DNA of 64,000 bases from positions 372,001 through 436,000 of the forward strand of contig NW_027271656.1 in assembly GCF_040938485.1 (NCBI RefSeq). Reading direction: 5' to 3'. Shown one piece after another: positions 11,497-23,728 of the stretch. Made by a program: the position numbers and the translations under genes. The notes beneath the pieces are model-generated. The model saw only the letters and a program-made list of their open reading frames with translations. It made no database searches and had not been told where the DNA came from. How positions within the stretch are numbered: the stretch's first letter is position 1; each line of letters starts with the position of its first letter. This DNA is from Diadema antillarum (Eukaryota).

Positions 11497-12073
11497 AGGG
11501 GATGGCTAGCAACTGATCAGTGGGAATCATTGGGAATGCTGGGGGATGATTGTTCCAATTCTTGTGGGATTCATTTAAGAGTACATGTCATTATATATCT
11601 CTTATTGTCAGGGGTCGCACTTAACTTTTTTTTAAACTATCCAGGCGAACTACTTAAACTGTCTACTTAGAATCAATTTTGACACTGAAGCAATATTTTG
11701 GCTAGCCAGACGGACTAGTAACTTAAGAATTTTACGATTTTTAGCTAGTCCGACGTGATTTCGGGTGGCCAGTGGCCAGCGGACCATCGCAAATTTCGAA
11801 CCCTGATTGTGTGAAAATTACTTGCTTCAGAATGGTCTCATATTCAAGTAATGTGCACTTTAATGTTTCCAGGCTAGCATGCCTGTACAGACAGTGACGG
11901 GGCATTAAATTGCACATTATTTGAAGTTGAATATGAGACGGTTTTGAAGCAAATAATTTTCACACAACAATAGACATATTATAATGTACTCTTAAATGAA
12001 TCCCACAAGAATTGGAACAATCATCCCCAAGCATTCCCACTGATTCCCACCGATCAGTTACTAGCCATCCCCT
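11497..12073. mobile_element. Kolobok-like MITE with long TIRs in LETM1 intron 1, containing a nested insertion
   Basis: ttaa|AGGGGATGGCTAG ... CTAGCCATCCCCT|ttaa, with inverted arms of about 100 bp. Confidence 0.85.
11610..11804. mobile_element. Nested CAGGG...CCCTG MITE (hAT-like termini, apparent 5-bp ATTGT TSD)
   Basis: attgt|CAGGGGTCGCAC ... TTCGAACCCTG|attgt. Confidence 0.6.
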
Positions 12074-12088
12074 TTAAGAAACGCATTT

Positions 12089-12851
12089 GGGCAATTCCGC
12101 AGTTAGGTGGACATGACATGGATAAAAGAAATGTGCCTCTTTATCTTACTCTTTAATCTAGGTATCAACTAATGCCATGGATGTTCACCAATCATTAAGG
12201 TCTTTCAAATTCAGTAGATTTTATCTTTCGTATTGATTGATTTCGCGAGATCTAAAACCATCATTTAAAATGTACATGTGGGACTGGGGATGCTGAAATT
12301 CACTTAAATGCAAATTACAGTGGGTTCCTTTGAAATTTTTTCCTCAAAGTTTTGCTAAAGGGTAAAAGATAAATACATTTAAATACTCCAGAAGTCATGT
12401 GACATTTTGTCAATTACAAAAGGGTGAAATGACCTGCGGAATTTCTCCGGACAAATGTAACGTTACGGGGCCATGCTTTTGGGGGTTTAGCTAATAAATT
12501 AACAGTCGAACTGCTAAAAATATTTGTGTGAACATTTGTCATGATGCAATAATTGAAATTAATGCAACACTTTGTTTGAAGTAACTTGAATTTTTGCACA
12601 CTTTTTGTTACAAGACATTGATTTTTTTGTCATATGTCCTTTTTTCGTAACGTTACTAACCAGCCCTTTTAGTTGCCATAGCAATGCAAATATTTCTTGG
12701 ATTGTATTCATTCTTTTCTTTATCATAAACCTGGGAATGATGAACATGTTTTTGACATAATTTTGGCTTGAAATGAATAAATGGTAATTTAGTAGTAAAA
12801 ACAAATATCTAAATTTGTTCAAATGTAACGTTACTAACCGCGGAATTGCCC
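12089..12851. mobile_element. PIF/Harbinger-like non-autonomous element
   Basis: TIRs GGGCAATTCCGCAGTTAG and CTAACCGCGGAATTGCCC, with internal GTAACGTTAC palindromes. Confidence 0.7.
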
Positions 12852-13427
12852 ATTTGCATTTGATGTAATTTACAGGTGAATCACCATCGCATAAACATGC
12901 AATGCTGGTGATCATTTATCATGGTTCAGATGACAAAAGTTGGCACTTCAACCTTTTTTTTTTTCTAACAAGGAGTCAAATGTGCAGAAATATCAACAGA
13001 ACATATAATGATTTATAGATCTAGACCTCTAAATAGGCTAAAATGTGTAAAGGATGTAATGGGGAATACAGAAAATTTGCTCCTCTTCTCCCTGCTGGCG
13101 CGTAATCCGGCGCGTAAGACGAGGGGAATACAATTTCAAAGAACCACAGCTCAGATGCCTGATATGGGTAACAATAACAATTATAACACGGTGGAGCTCC
13201 TGGAAGTCGATGCCATAACCCATAGACAGTCTACATAACTCTTGGGTAATTCCTGGAATTGCGTTAAGATATTTCTGTATGGGGCTTTGTAGGCAATATT
13301 GTAGTTGGACACATCCTGTGCAGAGTTTGGCTTTTTCTTGTAACTTTTTTTTTCAGATAAGATACATTTTGATCACTTCCTTGATAATGTTCCGGTCTCT
13401 CTGTTCATTTCTTTGTAATTCCTGCAG

Positions 13428-13527
13428 GTCTGGTTTGGTCTTCTAGGCAGGGTGCCATGTACACTCCAGGTCATGACCATTGTCAAGCTCACAGCAGTAA
13501 TGGTCATCATTTACTATGCTGTCCAAG
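13428..13527 (+). CDS. LETM1: LETM1 coding exon 2 (GLVWSSRQGAMYTPGHDHCQAHSSNGHHLLCCP)
   Basis: Acceptor cctgcag, donor AAG|gtatgc. The 100-nt exon is open and bridges phase 1 to the phase 2 needed by exon 3. Confidence 0.72.
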
Positions 13528-13729
13528 GTATGCGTTTTTGTTGTTTGTGTATTGAATATGTTTGTAGTCTCATACTTTTTCAAGACAAATATTTAAAGAG
13601 TTATTTTTTATTTTTTAACACCGTTTAGTAATCATGAGTTCCTTGTTACAAATGAAAAGTGTACATTGTAGTTGGTTATTCACAATTTCAACTGAAATAC
13701 GATTTCGTCTGTCACTTTTATGCATCATA

Positions 13730-14390
13730 GTGTTATACAACACCTATTTAGAATGTAGCTATCCGATTGGTCGATTGCCCATCACGTGACATTTAGGGAA
13801 ATGTTTTATTGCACGCTCTGGCTGTCTCAGCCGTGCAATTTTGGTTCGACCAAAATGTTCTATTGCATGCGCTCTGATGTCACAATAAACAAACATGTGC
13901 CGCGTGCACTCAACAATTACAAGCGCGCTTTAATACAAGCGCGTACTTTTGTCGCTCATTTTTGTAAACAACTTCATTTCGCATGTACGTACGTACGTAC
14001 ACATGTAGTGTTATACAGTGACTGCGACCGTGAGGCTACTCATTCGTCTTTCACGGAAAATGGTTGCCATTTCTGTGCTAAATTCAAGAATCTGTGAGTA
14101 CCAAATCTGTTGACGTTCGAAGTGTTGTATAAAACAAATAGTGTATGGTCTTTACACGTGCAATGGAACCAGATTTCGCACTGGTGAAATATGAGGTGCA
14201 CTATTCAACTCCGCTTCGCCTCGTTGAATAGAGCGCCTCTATCTTTCACCTCTAACGAAATCTTGTACCACTGCACTTGTGACCATTCACTATTTGTATA
14301 CTATTATGTGAAAAGGGTAAGCTTAATTTCAGTGTACCAGTTTCTATGCACTGAACTTAGGTGTATAGTAAATAAAACTGGTTTTTGCTG
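13730..14390. mobile_element. Probable interspersed repeat in LETM1 intron 2
   Basis: CpG-rich block starting gattggtcgattgcccatcacgtgac, similar to 1925-1950. Family not assigned. Confidence 0.35.
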
Positions 14391-14596
14391 AACATACTCA
14401 TCATTTTTTTAAGTTGTAAAGATACATGTAAAATATGTGGACTTCTTTATCTCTGATATTGCTCTCTGTATTATTTTGATGCTTTAGACACAGTTACAAT
14501 GTATGTAATTTCTATAACTGTTGTGACAGGAATTCATACTGTGGTAACTGATGTTTTCTTTACTACTGTTTTTCCTTTCCACTTCATGACTTCCAG

Positions 14597-15131
14597 GTAC
14601 TACTCAACATGTTTACTACACAGACACCACTTCACACAAAATATTAGTGAAATCTCAAAGGCAACTTCATCATTCCATGGCTGGGAATCCCGGGGTCCAA
14701 AGGTCACTTCAGATATTTATTCATCTCATCATGCCAGTTTCTTGGAGCCGAGCCAGCGCCAGCTGTGCGCCCGTGTGTCGATCAGCGTACGAGACTTTCA
14801 CCAGTCAGCCCAGCTGTACGACTTAGCGGACCCCGAGTCCAAGGTCGAGAAGACGGTGAAGGCGATAAAAGATAAAAAGAAGAAGGAGAAGGAGAAACAG
14901 ATAGAGGGCGAGAAGCAGCAAATGGAGCAAGCGCCGAGGGTGGAGGAGATTCCAACAATGATACCTGAGGTGATCATGATTCCAAAGAAACCTCTGATGG
15001 TCAGGATCAAAGATGAGGTCATGCACTACGTCAACGGCTTCAGGCTCTTTTGGGTTGACATCACCATCGCTTCCAGGCATCTATGGGAGCTCCTGAATGG
15101 TGGCTCCTTGTCAAGGAGGGAATACAGACAG
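14597..15131 (+). CDS. LETM1: LETM1 coding exon 3
   Basis: Acceptor ttccag, donor CAG|gtaaag. Encodes RIKDEVMHYVNGFRLFWVDITIASRHLWELLNGGSLSRREYRQ. Confidence 0.93.
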
Positions 15132-15214
15132 GTAAAGTGGTGGAATGCAAAAGATTTGAAAATAAATATTGCATTCTTTGATTGATTTTTGTGTGATTTA
15201 GAAGCAGTCAAGTA

Positions 15215-15461
15215 CAGTCAAACCTGCCTTAGTGGCCACCTGTCTGTAGCTGCTACCTGCCGCATGCGGCCACTGATCAATTCCCCAGAGAGAAAAGCCA
15301 TGTTAAGGACCCTGTGTATAGTGGCCACCTGTGTTACACAGCCAGCGGCCATAAATTTTGTTTCCCGCATTAGATTTTTAAACCTGTCTATAGCAGCCAC
15401 CTGTCTATAACGGCCACTCTCTTCGTCTCCCTTGGGTGGCCGCTATAGACAGGTTTGACTG
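15215..15461. mobile_element. Tc1/pogo-type MITE (TA TSD)
   Basis: ta|CAGTCAAACCTG ... CAGGTTTGACTG|ta, with internal GCCACCTGTCT repeats. Confidence 0.85.
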
Positions 15462-15921
15462 TATTAGTTTCATTGACCAGATGGCTACATAAAGGAAATT
15501 GGTTGCTGTGGCTAGTGCATTACTTCTGACAATTCAAATGTACAATATGTATGCATTAGGTAGTTTACAACATGATGAATATGAAAAGTTTTTGTAGTGC
15601 TTATGAATTGTAATTACAATGTAAAAGCAAAGCTTGCCTCTGTTGGCTCAGAAGGCTATTGACATTTCATTGCAACAGAACTGTGGATGTTGTAATCAGT
15701 TGGTTTTAATCACTTCAGCTCCAGTACCACTAACCAGTTTCAACAAAGGAAACTAAAGAAAAAAGAAACAAAAGTGTTGTGAGTCATCTTTTGAGAAGCG
15801 TCACACAATATGCCTGTACAATACTTAAAAATGACCGTTGATATCATTCTAGTCTGTTATGACCTAGCCAGACAGTGGCCTGCCTTCTTCCGTCATTTGT
15901 TTTTAACCAGTTCTATATTAA

Positions 15922-16119
<198 letters not shown>

Positions 16120-16329
16120 TGAACATCAGAATCATTTTTTGTATAGCTGCTTTCTTTTGCAGTTAAAAGAACAAAAACAAAAACAAAAAAAACCCACATA
16201 CAATGTACATAAGCAAATTAGCTAAAGTACTCTTTGAGAAGCTGCGCAAGGTGTGAAATGGTACATAAATTTTATATTGAAGTCTCATTTTGGACTGCAA
16301 GCTAATGTGAAGAACCCACCAGCACACAT

Positions 16330-17270
16330 TTTTATGCCTCCGCCAACGAAGTGGCCGGAGGCATTATGTTTTCGGGTCGTCCGTACGTCCGTCCCGTTTT
16401 GTTTTTGTCGATATCTCAAGAACCGTGTGGTGGTTTTACATCAAACTTGGTATGAGGGTATATCCTGGGGGGGTAATACTTTGTTATTTTGTGAAAAAAA
16501 AGGTTGAAATTTCATGTTTTTCTCCATATCTCGCAAATGGTACAAGGTATATTCATGGAACTTAGTATATATGCATGTACGATGGGCAGTGATTATCTAG
16601 GGAAGTTGGGGGTCATGGGTCAAAGGTCAGGGGGTCAAAGGTCAAGGTCAACTCCTCAAAATATCACTACTTTCCTTATATTTATGCAATGCCTGAAGGA
16701 TTTTTTTTTTTACTTGATGTATGCATGTATTACCCAATATATATTCTGTGGGAAGTCTCTTGCCAAAAGGTCAAAGTCAAAAGGTCAAAGGTCAAGTGAA
16801 AGTGCTAAATTGCACTTTTTCCTCCATATCTCGAAAGTAACTCAAGGTATCATCATGAAACTTACATATTTATGCATGTTCTACCTAACAGTGATTCTCT
16901 TTGGAACTGTGAGGTCAAAGGTCAAAGGCCAGGTTTAGATAATACTATTTTACCATTTGATACTGAAATTATACTTTTTCTCAATACCTTGAAAATTACT
17001 CATGCATAAACTTATAAAAGGGTCAAAAGTCAAGTAAAAATCATCAGTTCCCCAAATACCTGCACTCTGACGTTTTAATCATTCATCCAATTGAACCTAG
17101 TTCTAGGAAAGTGAACATTCAGCACATTTGTGGCAAACCTGTCATTCTAATATTTTGCCAATTGTGGGAAACTGTCATCACACATTGTCAAGACATCGTA
17201 CTATAGACCTATTAGGAGAACCATGCATTATGGCGGAGGCATACCAGTCGCCGTAGCGACATTTCCAGTT
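16330..17270 (+). mobile_element. Helentron-associated (HINE/DINE-1-like) element in LETM1 intron 4
   Basis: 5' subTIR ATGCCTCCGCC, a (GTCC)n microsatellite, internal GGTCAAAGGTCA tandem units, 3' subTIR GGCGGAGGCAT, a GTCGCcgtaGCGAC hairpin and a T-rich end. Confidence 0.75.
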
Positions 17271-17641
17271 TATACATGACTTGATGTAGTCCCTGTGCAA
17301 TTATAAATGTACCACTCAAAGATCAATCGATGCCATTTATTATACGACCATCCCATGCTTATGTTGGGCAAGCGAATATTTATTAATCTGCAAACAAAAT
17401 ATTTAAAAAAATGTTGTACTATTGGATTGTGTGAGATAATTAAGCAGTGAAGGTGTTATGGAAATCTGTCATCCACTTTTACTGACAGTATACAGCACGT
17501 TCCTTTCGATGCAAGTATAGCATGTCAACTTCATTTCACATTGCTGTGATTTTTTTTTATTTTTTTGCGTAAGTGCAATTTTTTTCTGGCCAATGTTTCT
17601 ACCAGTGAGGAATGCATTTGAATTCTGCTGAATAATTGCAG

Positions 17642-17785
17642 GAGGAGCGTCTAAAAAAGGAGCTGAAAGTGAAGCTGGAGATGGCAAAGTTTTTGCAGGA
17701 CACCATCGAAGAGACAGCACTGCACAACAAGAAGGGTAAGAAGTTGTCAGAGAGTGCCCAGCAGTTTGTCCACTTCATGGAAAAG
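17642..17785 (+). CDS. LETM1: LETM1 coding exon 5
   Basis: ttgcag|GAG...AAG|gtgagc. Encodes [24 protein letters not shown]...FMEK. Confidence 0.95.
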
Positions 17786-18094
17786 GTGAGCTACACATAC
17801 TGGTATCTTTCTTTTTTTTTCCAGCTGCATGTTATAATGTGTCATGCAAGTGTACTGCTACCCCTGGAATTTACCCTTTCCCTTTGCTGGAAGATTGCCC
17901 AATCTGATTTGTCGGAATGATATGACAGGCTTCTATTCTCTTGTTGCAACAATTTTCTCTTTTTTTTTCCAGATTTTATGACATGTACAGTGGTATGAAT
18001 TTTTAAAGGTGAACTTGTCTGCAGGTTTTAATTGTGTATGGGAAGACCATACTATGCTGACTTTTCAATTAGATTTTTTCAGATCTGTAGATGT

Positions 18095-18225
18095 AGACAG
18101 ACAGCTAATATTGCATATTTTGTGACTGATCGTATATATCATTGATTCAGAACACAGATCAAGCCAGCACAAAGGAAATTTTGAAGTTCTTAAAGCTCTT
18201 TGAAGATGAGCTGACATTTGATATT
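18095..18225 (+). pseudogene. Degenerate partial tandem duplicate of the LETM1 intron 5/exon 6 boundary (pseudo-exon)
   Basis: 18145-18225 translates [27 protein letters not shown] versus exon 6 [28 protein letters not shown] (66/81 nt by hand). Upstream intron sequence is also duplicated and the original AG is lost. Confidence 0.85.
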
Positions 18226-18491
18226 GTAATACTGTAAACGTCTATATTTTCACGTGATTAATTATTTGCGCTGAGTGTCTAAAAAAGAACATGTTTACAG
18301 ATTCTTAAATTTGCATTGCGCAATTGTCAACCCATTCAAAATGTGCAGAGAAAATTGTAAAGCTATTTTTGTGTGTTTTAGAATTTGTGCTAGCCAAAAG
18401 TAACATGTAATATGTGAAAATTAATGCACCACAAAAATGTCAGCATTTACAGCATTGCATTGGTAGATAGCTAATTTTTCATATTTTATGA

Positions 18492-18764
<273 letters not shown>

Positions 18765-20860
18765 TAGATTGTGTCGAATACTTGATACATTCCTGTAGAT
18801 GCAGGGCAGTCAGTTATGCCGTTCTTCTTCTGTGATGATAAATCTGTGAGCTTGAATTTTTTGTTTTGATTTATAATGCCATGTGTAGGCAGTCACAGGC
18901 AAATTTTGAAGTCATTTTTAAAGCAATCTATTCAGACAAACATAAAAAGGAAGAAAACGGGTAGAAGAAGATTGTCCGTGTGAAAGTATTGTGTGCCTCC
19001 TCAGAAGTCATTATAGTGTATTTTCTCAAGGTTTTTTTCTTTTTTTGCGGCAGTTTTAAATGCACTCTTCTTTAATGGGTATGTATCACAGTAAAAAATC
19101 CATGATTGGAGGGCATTCAGAGGTATCATGTGGTAATTCACGTAGAATCAACGGAACACTAATTTGCCAACCATTTGCAAAGATGCGTAAAAAGGAAAGT
19201 CAGAATTATGTTGCAAGCTATGGATTTATGTCTACATGATACATTTTGCTGGCAGCAAAGTTTTTGTGATAGATATCAGGATAAAGTCAAAGCTCAGGAT
19301 TATAGCATGGGACTATTGAACCTCAGTCTAATAATTGTTGATAACATTTCCTGTTTTTTCTCAACTCATTATTGATCAGTTACCCTTTTCTCCATGATTG
19401 TGCTAGATATACTTTCATTTCACAAGTGCCACATATTTATGTTATACGCCCTATGAATTTCCTGAATGAGTTAAAAAGTTTTGGTTCCACCCGAGTGGGT
19501 GTCTGTGATTATTAAGTACTGTGCTGAACGTCCCGTAATCCTTTGCAGTCAAAAGAGGCAGGCACAGGAGTGTGTTTCGCCCCACTGTCTTTACACAAAG
19601 GAAATGTGATGGATTAATGGTTTCTTTGTAGTTTTGCTCCGCGACCTCACATGATGTTTTAGTCTGGCAGGTGTGGCTAGCTCATAAAAGGTCAGCCAGT
19701 GTTGACTGGCACTGCTGACAAAAATATACCGATAACAGTGGTCTGGGTGGTGCAGAGCTGGCTGTGCTGGCTGTGCTTGAATTTTGTAATTGTATTGTGA
19801 ATAATTCAGAATGTCCATTTTGGGCAAAAAGTGGCAGAGGCCTGTCAAGGTTACTGCTATGAGTGTTAAAAGTGACTTGTGCTTATGCAGTTTAAGTGTT
19901 GTTGGGAAATAGACAAAAGCAAAAATAAAAATCATTTCTTGACAGCTTAAAAGCAAACACCATACAGTCTTTATGATTTCACTTATAAATCGGAAAGCAT
20001 TGAAATAAATACAAATACATTGGATTTATTACATGGACATTCATGAGGTCCCCATTTGGTGTATACCCATTGGTAAGTGTGAATTTGCGGTTGAAGATTT
20101 ACTGGTGCCGCACCATGAAGATACTTTTACATCAGCACATTTATCTTGAAAATGATACAGGATCCAACTGGAAATCAAGTGAGATTATGCAAATTAGAAA
20201 TGTGTGTCAACACATTTCTTTTCAAACTTTGAGATTTGCAGCTGACTATTGGATTGTATGTGTTGGAATTTATAAAGCAGTGACTGCTTGTCCAAATAGC
20301 AAAGAATTTGTTGATAGCTTACTGGTACTAATGAAGTATAAACAAGTTTTTCAGTTCCTTTTTCTATAAAAAAAAAAGTTGTGAATTTGCCAATCACAGA
20401 TTTACCAAAAGCTGACAAAATTGGAAATGTGGCTGACATGAGAAGTCACGTCAACTCAACTGTCGACAGCTATACATACCGAAGAAAGGAAAGAAAAAAA
20501 ACAAACAATGTCTTGTTCAGTTCTATGAAAGGTTGTGGACTTTCTTTGTATGCTTTCTCAATGTTCACAATGATGACAATTAGGATCTGGGTTTGCATCT
20601 TTTGATCAAGTGACCTCTTGTGGGAACAAACTATCAGCTCTATGCTGTTATTTTGTAGGAGCTTACATGTATTCCTGCGACCAGTTTAAGTTCCTAAGAG
20701 AGTTACCTCATTAACACAATGTACTTATATGTGAAGTAAGACATTTTGATTTGTAAGGTAGAAAAGAAAGAAGAAAAAAAAAGATGATTCCTACGCTAAG
20801 TTGTTTTAGTACTGAAGATTTGGAATAAAATCAGCATCCCCTTGTCTTACCCTGCCACAG

Positions 20861-20980
20861 ATGATCAAGAAGGAAGGTGTTGACTCCCTGACAGAGGCTG
20901 AGCTTCAGGTTGCTTGCCAAGCCAGGGGGATGAGGGCTCTGGGGGTACCCAAGGAGAGACTGAAGTCTCAGCTGGAACAG
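20861..20980 (+). CDS. LETM1: LETM1 coding exon 7
   Basis: ccacag|ATG...CAG|gtaatt. Encodes [40 protein letters not shown]. Confidence 0.95.
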
Positions 20981-21835
20981 GTAATTTGATTTCATTCGAT
21001 GTAATTTGTAATGTGACAACTTGACTATCACTTGGCTTCTTCTGATCTTACATGCTATTGATTCATAATCAAATGAATGTTGATGGTTGCTTACATTTTT
21101 CGTGTTGTAAACCTGGTATTTTGTGCCAGTCATTAGACATGAGAGGAAGAACGAGATGACACTTTTGTAAATAATGTGGGACATGATCTGAAGTGTGAAG
21201 GAATGATAATTCCCCGGACAGTGTTACTCGAAGCTTGATGATATACAGTGTACACTGCAAACATGTCTCACTACCACTCTAGCTACATTGTATCACCGTC
21301 ACTGCCATTCAATCTTGTTCTTTGTTATTTGTCTATCAAGTTATGTAACTATATTATTTCATTCAATGTTTCGCCTTGATATGTTGCATATTCATAAAAT
21401 TCAATAAATTGCTCAGTTTATATTTGTGTAACAATGGACATGAAATGTCTGATTTATTTTCTGTTGTGTACATTTGAATTAGAAAAAAAAAAGATTCATT
21501 TGTATGATTATATTGTATTGTGTAAATGGGATGAAGTAAGACCAAAACTTAATGTGGTGGTGGGACTGCACAAGTCACTCTTGTTCGCATTTGAATATAA
21601 TTTTTCTCCTCTTTACTCATTAGCTTTTGATTCCCATTGTGATTGCACAATCATAAAAACATTTTGTTTGAATATTTGTGTGTTTTTTCTTTCTGAAAGA
21701 ATAGAGTGTAAACTACCGCCCTCCTGCTTTGTGATTACAGTCGTGGATTTTCTTTTTCTGCTTGTGTTCCTTATCAAGAGTGCCTTCATATCGATGGAAA
21801 TGTTTAATAAAAAACATACTTACTTGTCTTTCCAG

Positions 21836-21967
21836 TGGCTAGAGCTGCATATCGATGAGCAGATCCCCACGTCCCTGCTGCTGCTCTCAAGGGCCCTCTA
21901 CCTCCCAGAACACCTGTCCACTCAGGACCAACTCCAGGCCACTATTGCCTCCCTTCCACCAGAAACG
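21836..21967 (+). CDS. LETM1: LETM1 coding exon 8
   Basis: tttccag|TGG...ACG|gtagga. Encodes [24 protein letters not shown]...LPPET. Confidence 0.94.
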
Positions 21968-22415
21968 GTAGGAGCACCCTCATCTTGTTGCATAATCATG
22001 TTTGTTGACAATATGCAAACCGCGGTAACTATAAGATGGCACCAATTGTTCCATATATAACAGTACATTGACATACCATAGAGGAATACAAATTACAACT
22101 GTACATTCAAAATGATTCTCTTCACCCTGTTCTCAGGGCACGTCATTAGCGGTGGCCCGGTGCCAGAAAAAATTAATGTTGGACCACAAAAATTCCAAAG
22201 AGGCTATCTTTTGGTGGCCCGATCGGGCATCTTAAATTCCGAATGAATTTGTTTATATCCTTTTATTTTCGCCCACTACATTTCTTTTTTCAGACAACCA
22301 TAAGTTCAAATTCGAAGATTTTAGAGGCCAAAATGGGCCGCTAGAGCAAAAAAAGTTAGTGTTGAGCCCCGGTTTTGTTAACTTCACTCTTTCATCTTCT
22401 GTTTTCGGTATGTAG

Positions 22416-22577
22416 GCTGATGAGGCCAAGGTTAAGCTGGCCGAGATGGAGGGAAGCAAGATTGACAACACGGAGCGGCTGAAGATTGCCAAGAAGGAGG
22501 AAGAACAGATCAAGAAGGAGAAGGAGGAGAAGAAGCTGCGGGAGGAGATGGAGTTACAGGAGCAGGAGAGAAAGAAG
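22416..22577 (+). CDS. LETM1: LETM1 coding exon 9 (coiled coil)
   Basis: tgtag|GCT...AAG|gtcagt. Encodes ADEAKVKLAEMEGSKIDNTERLKIAKKEEEQI... Confidence 0.92.
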
Positions 22578-22669
22578 GTCAGTGTGGAGGAGGGAAAATA
22601 TGATAGTGGAACAATGCAGCCAGTTGACATACCAAGAATCATCTCCATCGAGAGTTTCTTGTTCATAGA

Positions 22670-23075
22670 ATTGGTGATCTATCGCTTGGCCTACTCCCAC
22701 TTTGTCTACTAGCCATTTAGTCTCAACCCACTTGGTCTAATCCTGTTTCATCTTACAACCAGTAGTCCAATTGCCACTTAGCCTCTTTACCAGTTGGTCT
22801 ACTTCCAGATGGGCTATGCCCATTTTGTCTAATACCCACAGTTTATTAGACAAAATGGGGACAAAAATCCATGGAGAAAAAATTGCAATTAGGCCATCTG
22901 GTCAATAAACGAAACAAAAATTAGCCAAACTGGGCATTAGACCAAGTGAGAAGTACACTGTAGAACAAACAGGCATTGGACAAAATTGTTAGTAGACCAA
23001 GTGAGTTTAGCTGTAGTGGTGTGAGACAAACTTGGAAGTAGACCATCTGATTGTAGACCAAGTGGCAATAAAACC
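22670..23075. mobile_element. Fold-back repeat built from CACTTGGTCTA/TAGACCAAGTG units
   Basis: The left half carries cacttggtcta-like units and the right half their reverse complements. Confidence 0.6.
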
Positions 23076-23626
23076 ACAAAATCAGAAAGGTGCAATCATT
23101 CAACATGGCATTCCTATGGATTCCTTTCAGTGCCTGTTGTTTTGTGTGACTTTAACACTGGTTGTGAAAGTATTTTGTTATACTTTCCTTTTACATGAAC
23201 AGTCAGTGATTCCACTTTTTTTCCTGAAGAAAAGACGATGGGAAATTATATCTCGACGTCGAGTTTACATTATTAGGAAACAACTGAGACAGAGAAAAGT
23301 TATTTCCTTAATGCAAATTTTAAAAAAAAAAGATATTTTGGTCGTCTCTGTGCTGTCCTCTCTACAAGATCTACCAAGTACAGTGTACTAGTATGTTGGT
23401 TAGGGCATATCTTTTGCAACAGAGCAGATCCATTGTCTTTTTAAAAAAATGCAAGATGAGTAAAACATGCAAATTGTGTCAGTTGCATTATATGACAGCA
23501 ATTTTCTTGTAGTGTCCATTTCTGATTTCTTAACATCTTCTACTGTCAACACAAAGGAAGAAAAGTTAGCATTACAAGAATTAAATGATTTCTGTGTGTT
23601 TGTTTGGTTGTTTGTTGGTATGTTAG

Positions 23627-23728
23627 GCTGAAGCAGAGAAGCTTGAAGCTGAGAAGGTAATTCTGGCAGAAACAATGGTGGACACAGCACCAATAATTCA
23701 GGATGCGGCTCCGACAGTTGATGAACAG
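23627..23728 (+). CDS. LETM1: LETM1 coding exon 10
   Basis: gttag|GCT...CAG|gttagt. Encodes AEAEKLEAEKVILAETMVDTAPIIQDAAPTVDEQ. An internal in-frame donor exists at 23656. Confidence 0.85.

Noticed and set aside
13000-13340. GC-balanced block in LETM1 intron 1 with short ORFs on both strands
   Set aside because: No splice-compatible exon and no recognisable RT or transposase motif.
14499-14596. ORF-track N-terminal extension MYVISITV... of LETM1 exon 3 (similarly 21434-21835 for exon 8)
   Set aside because: This is intronic read-through upstream of clear polypyrimidine-AG acceptors.
15620-15770. Possible intronic H/ACA snoRNA in LETM1 intron 3 (ACAGAA and a terminal ACA)
   Set aside because: I could not build two convincing hairpins by hand. 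A snoReport or Infernal run would be needed.
18830-18950. C-box-like TGATGA in LETM1 intron 6
   Set aside because: No D box (CTGA) with terminal stem at a suitable distance.
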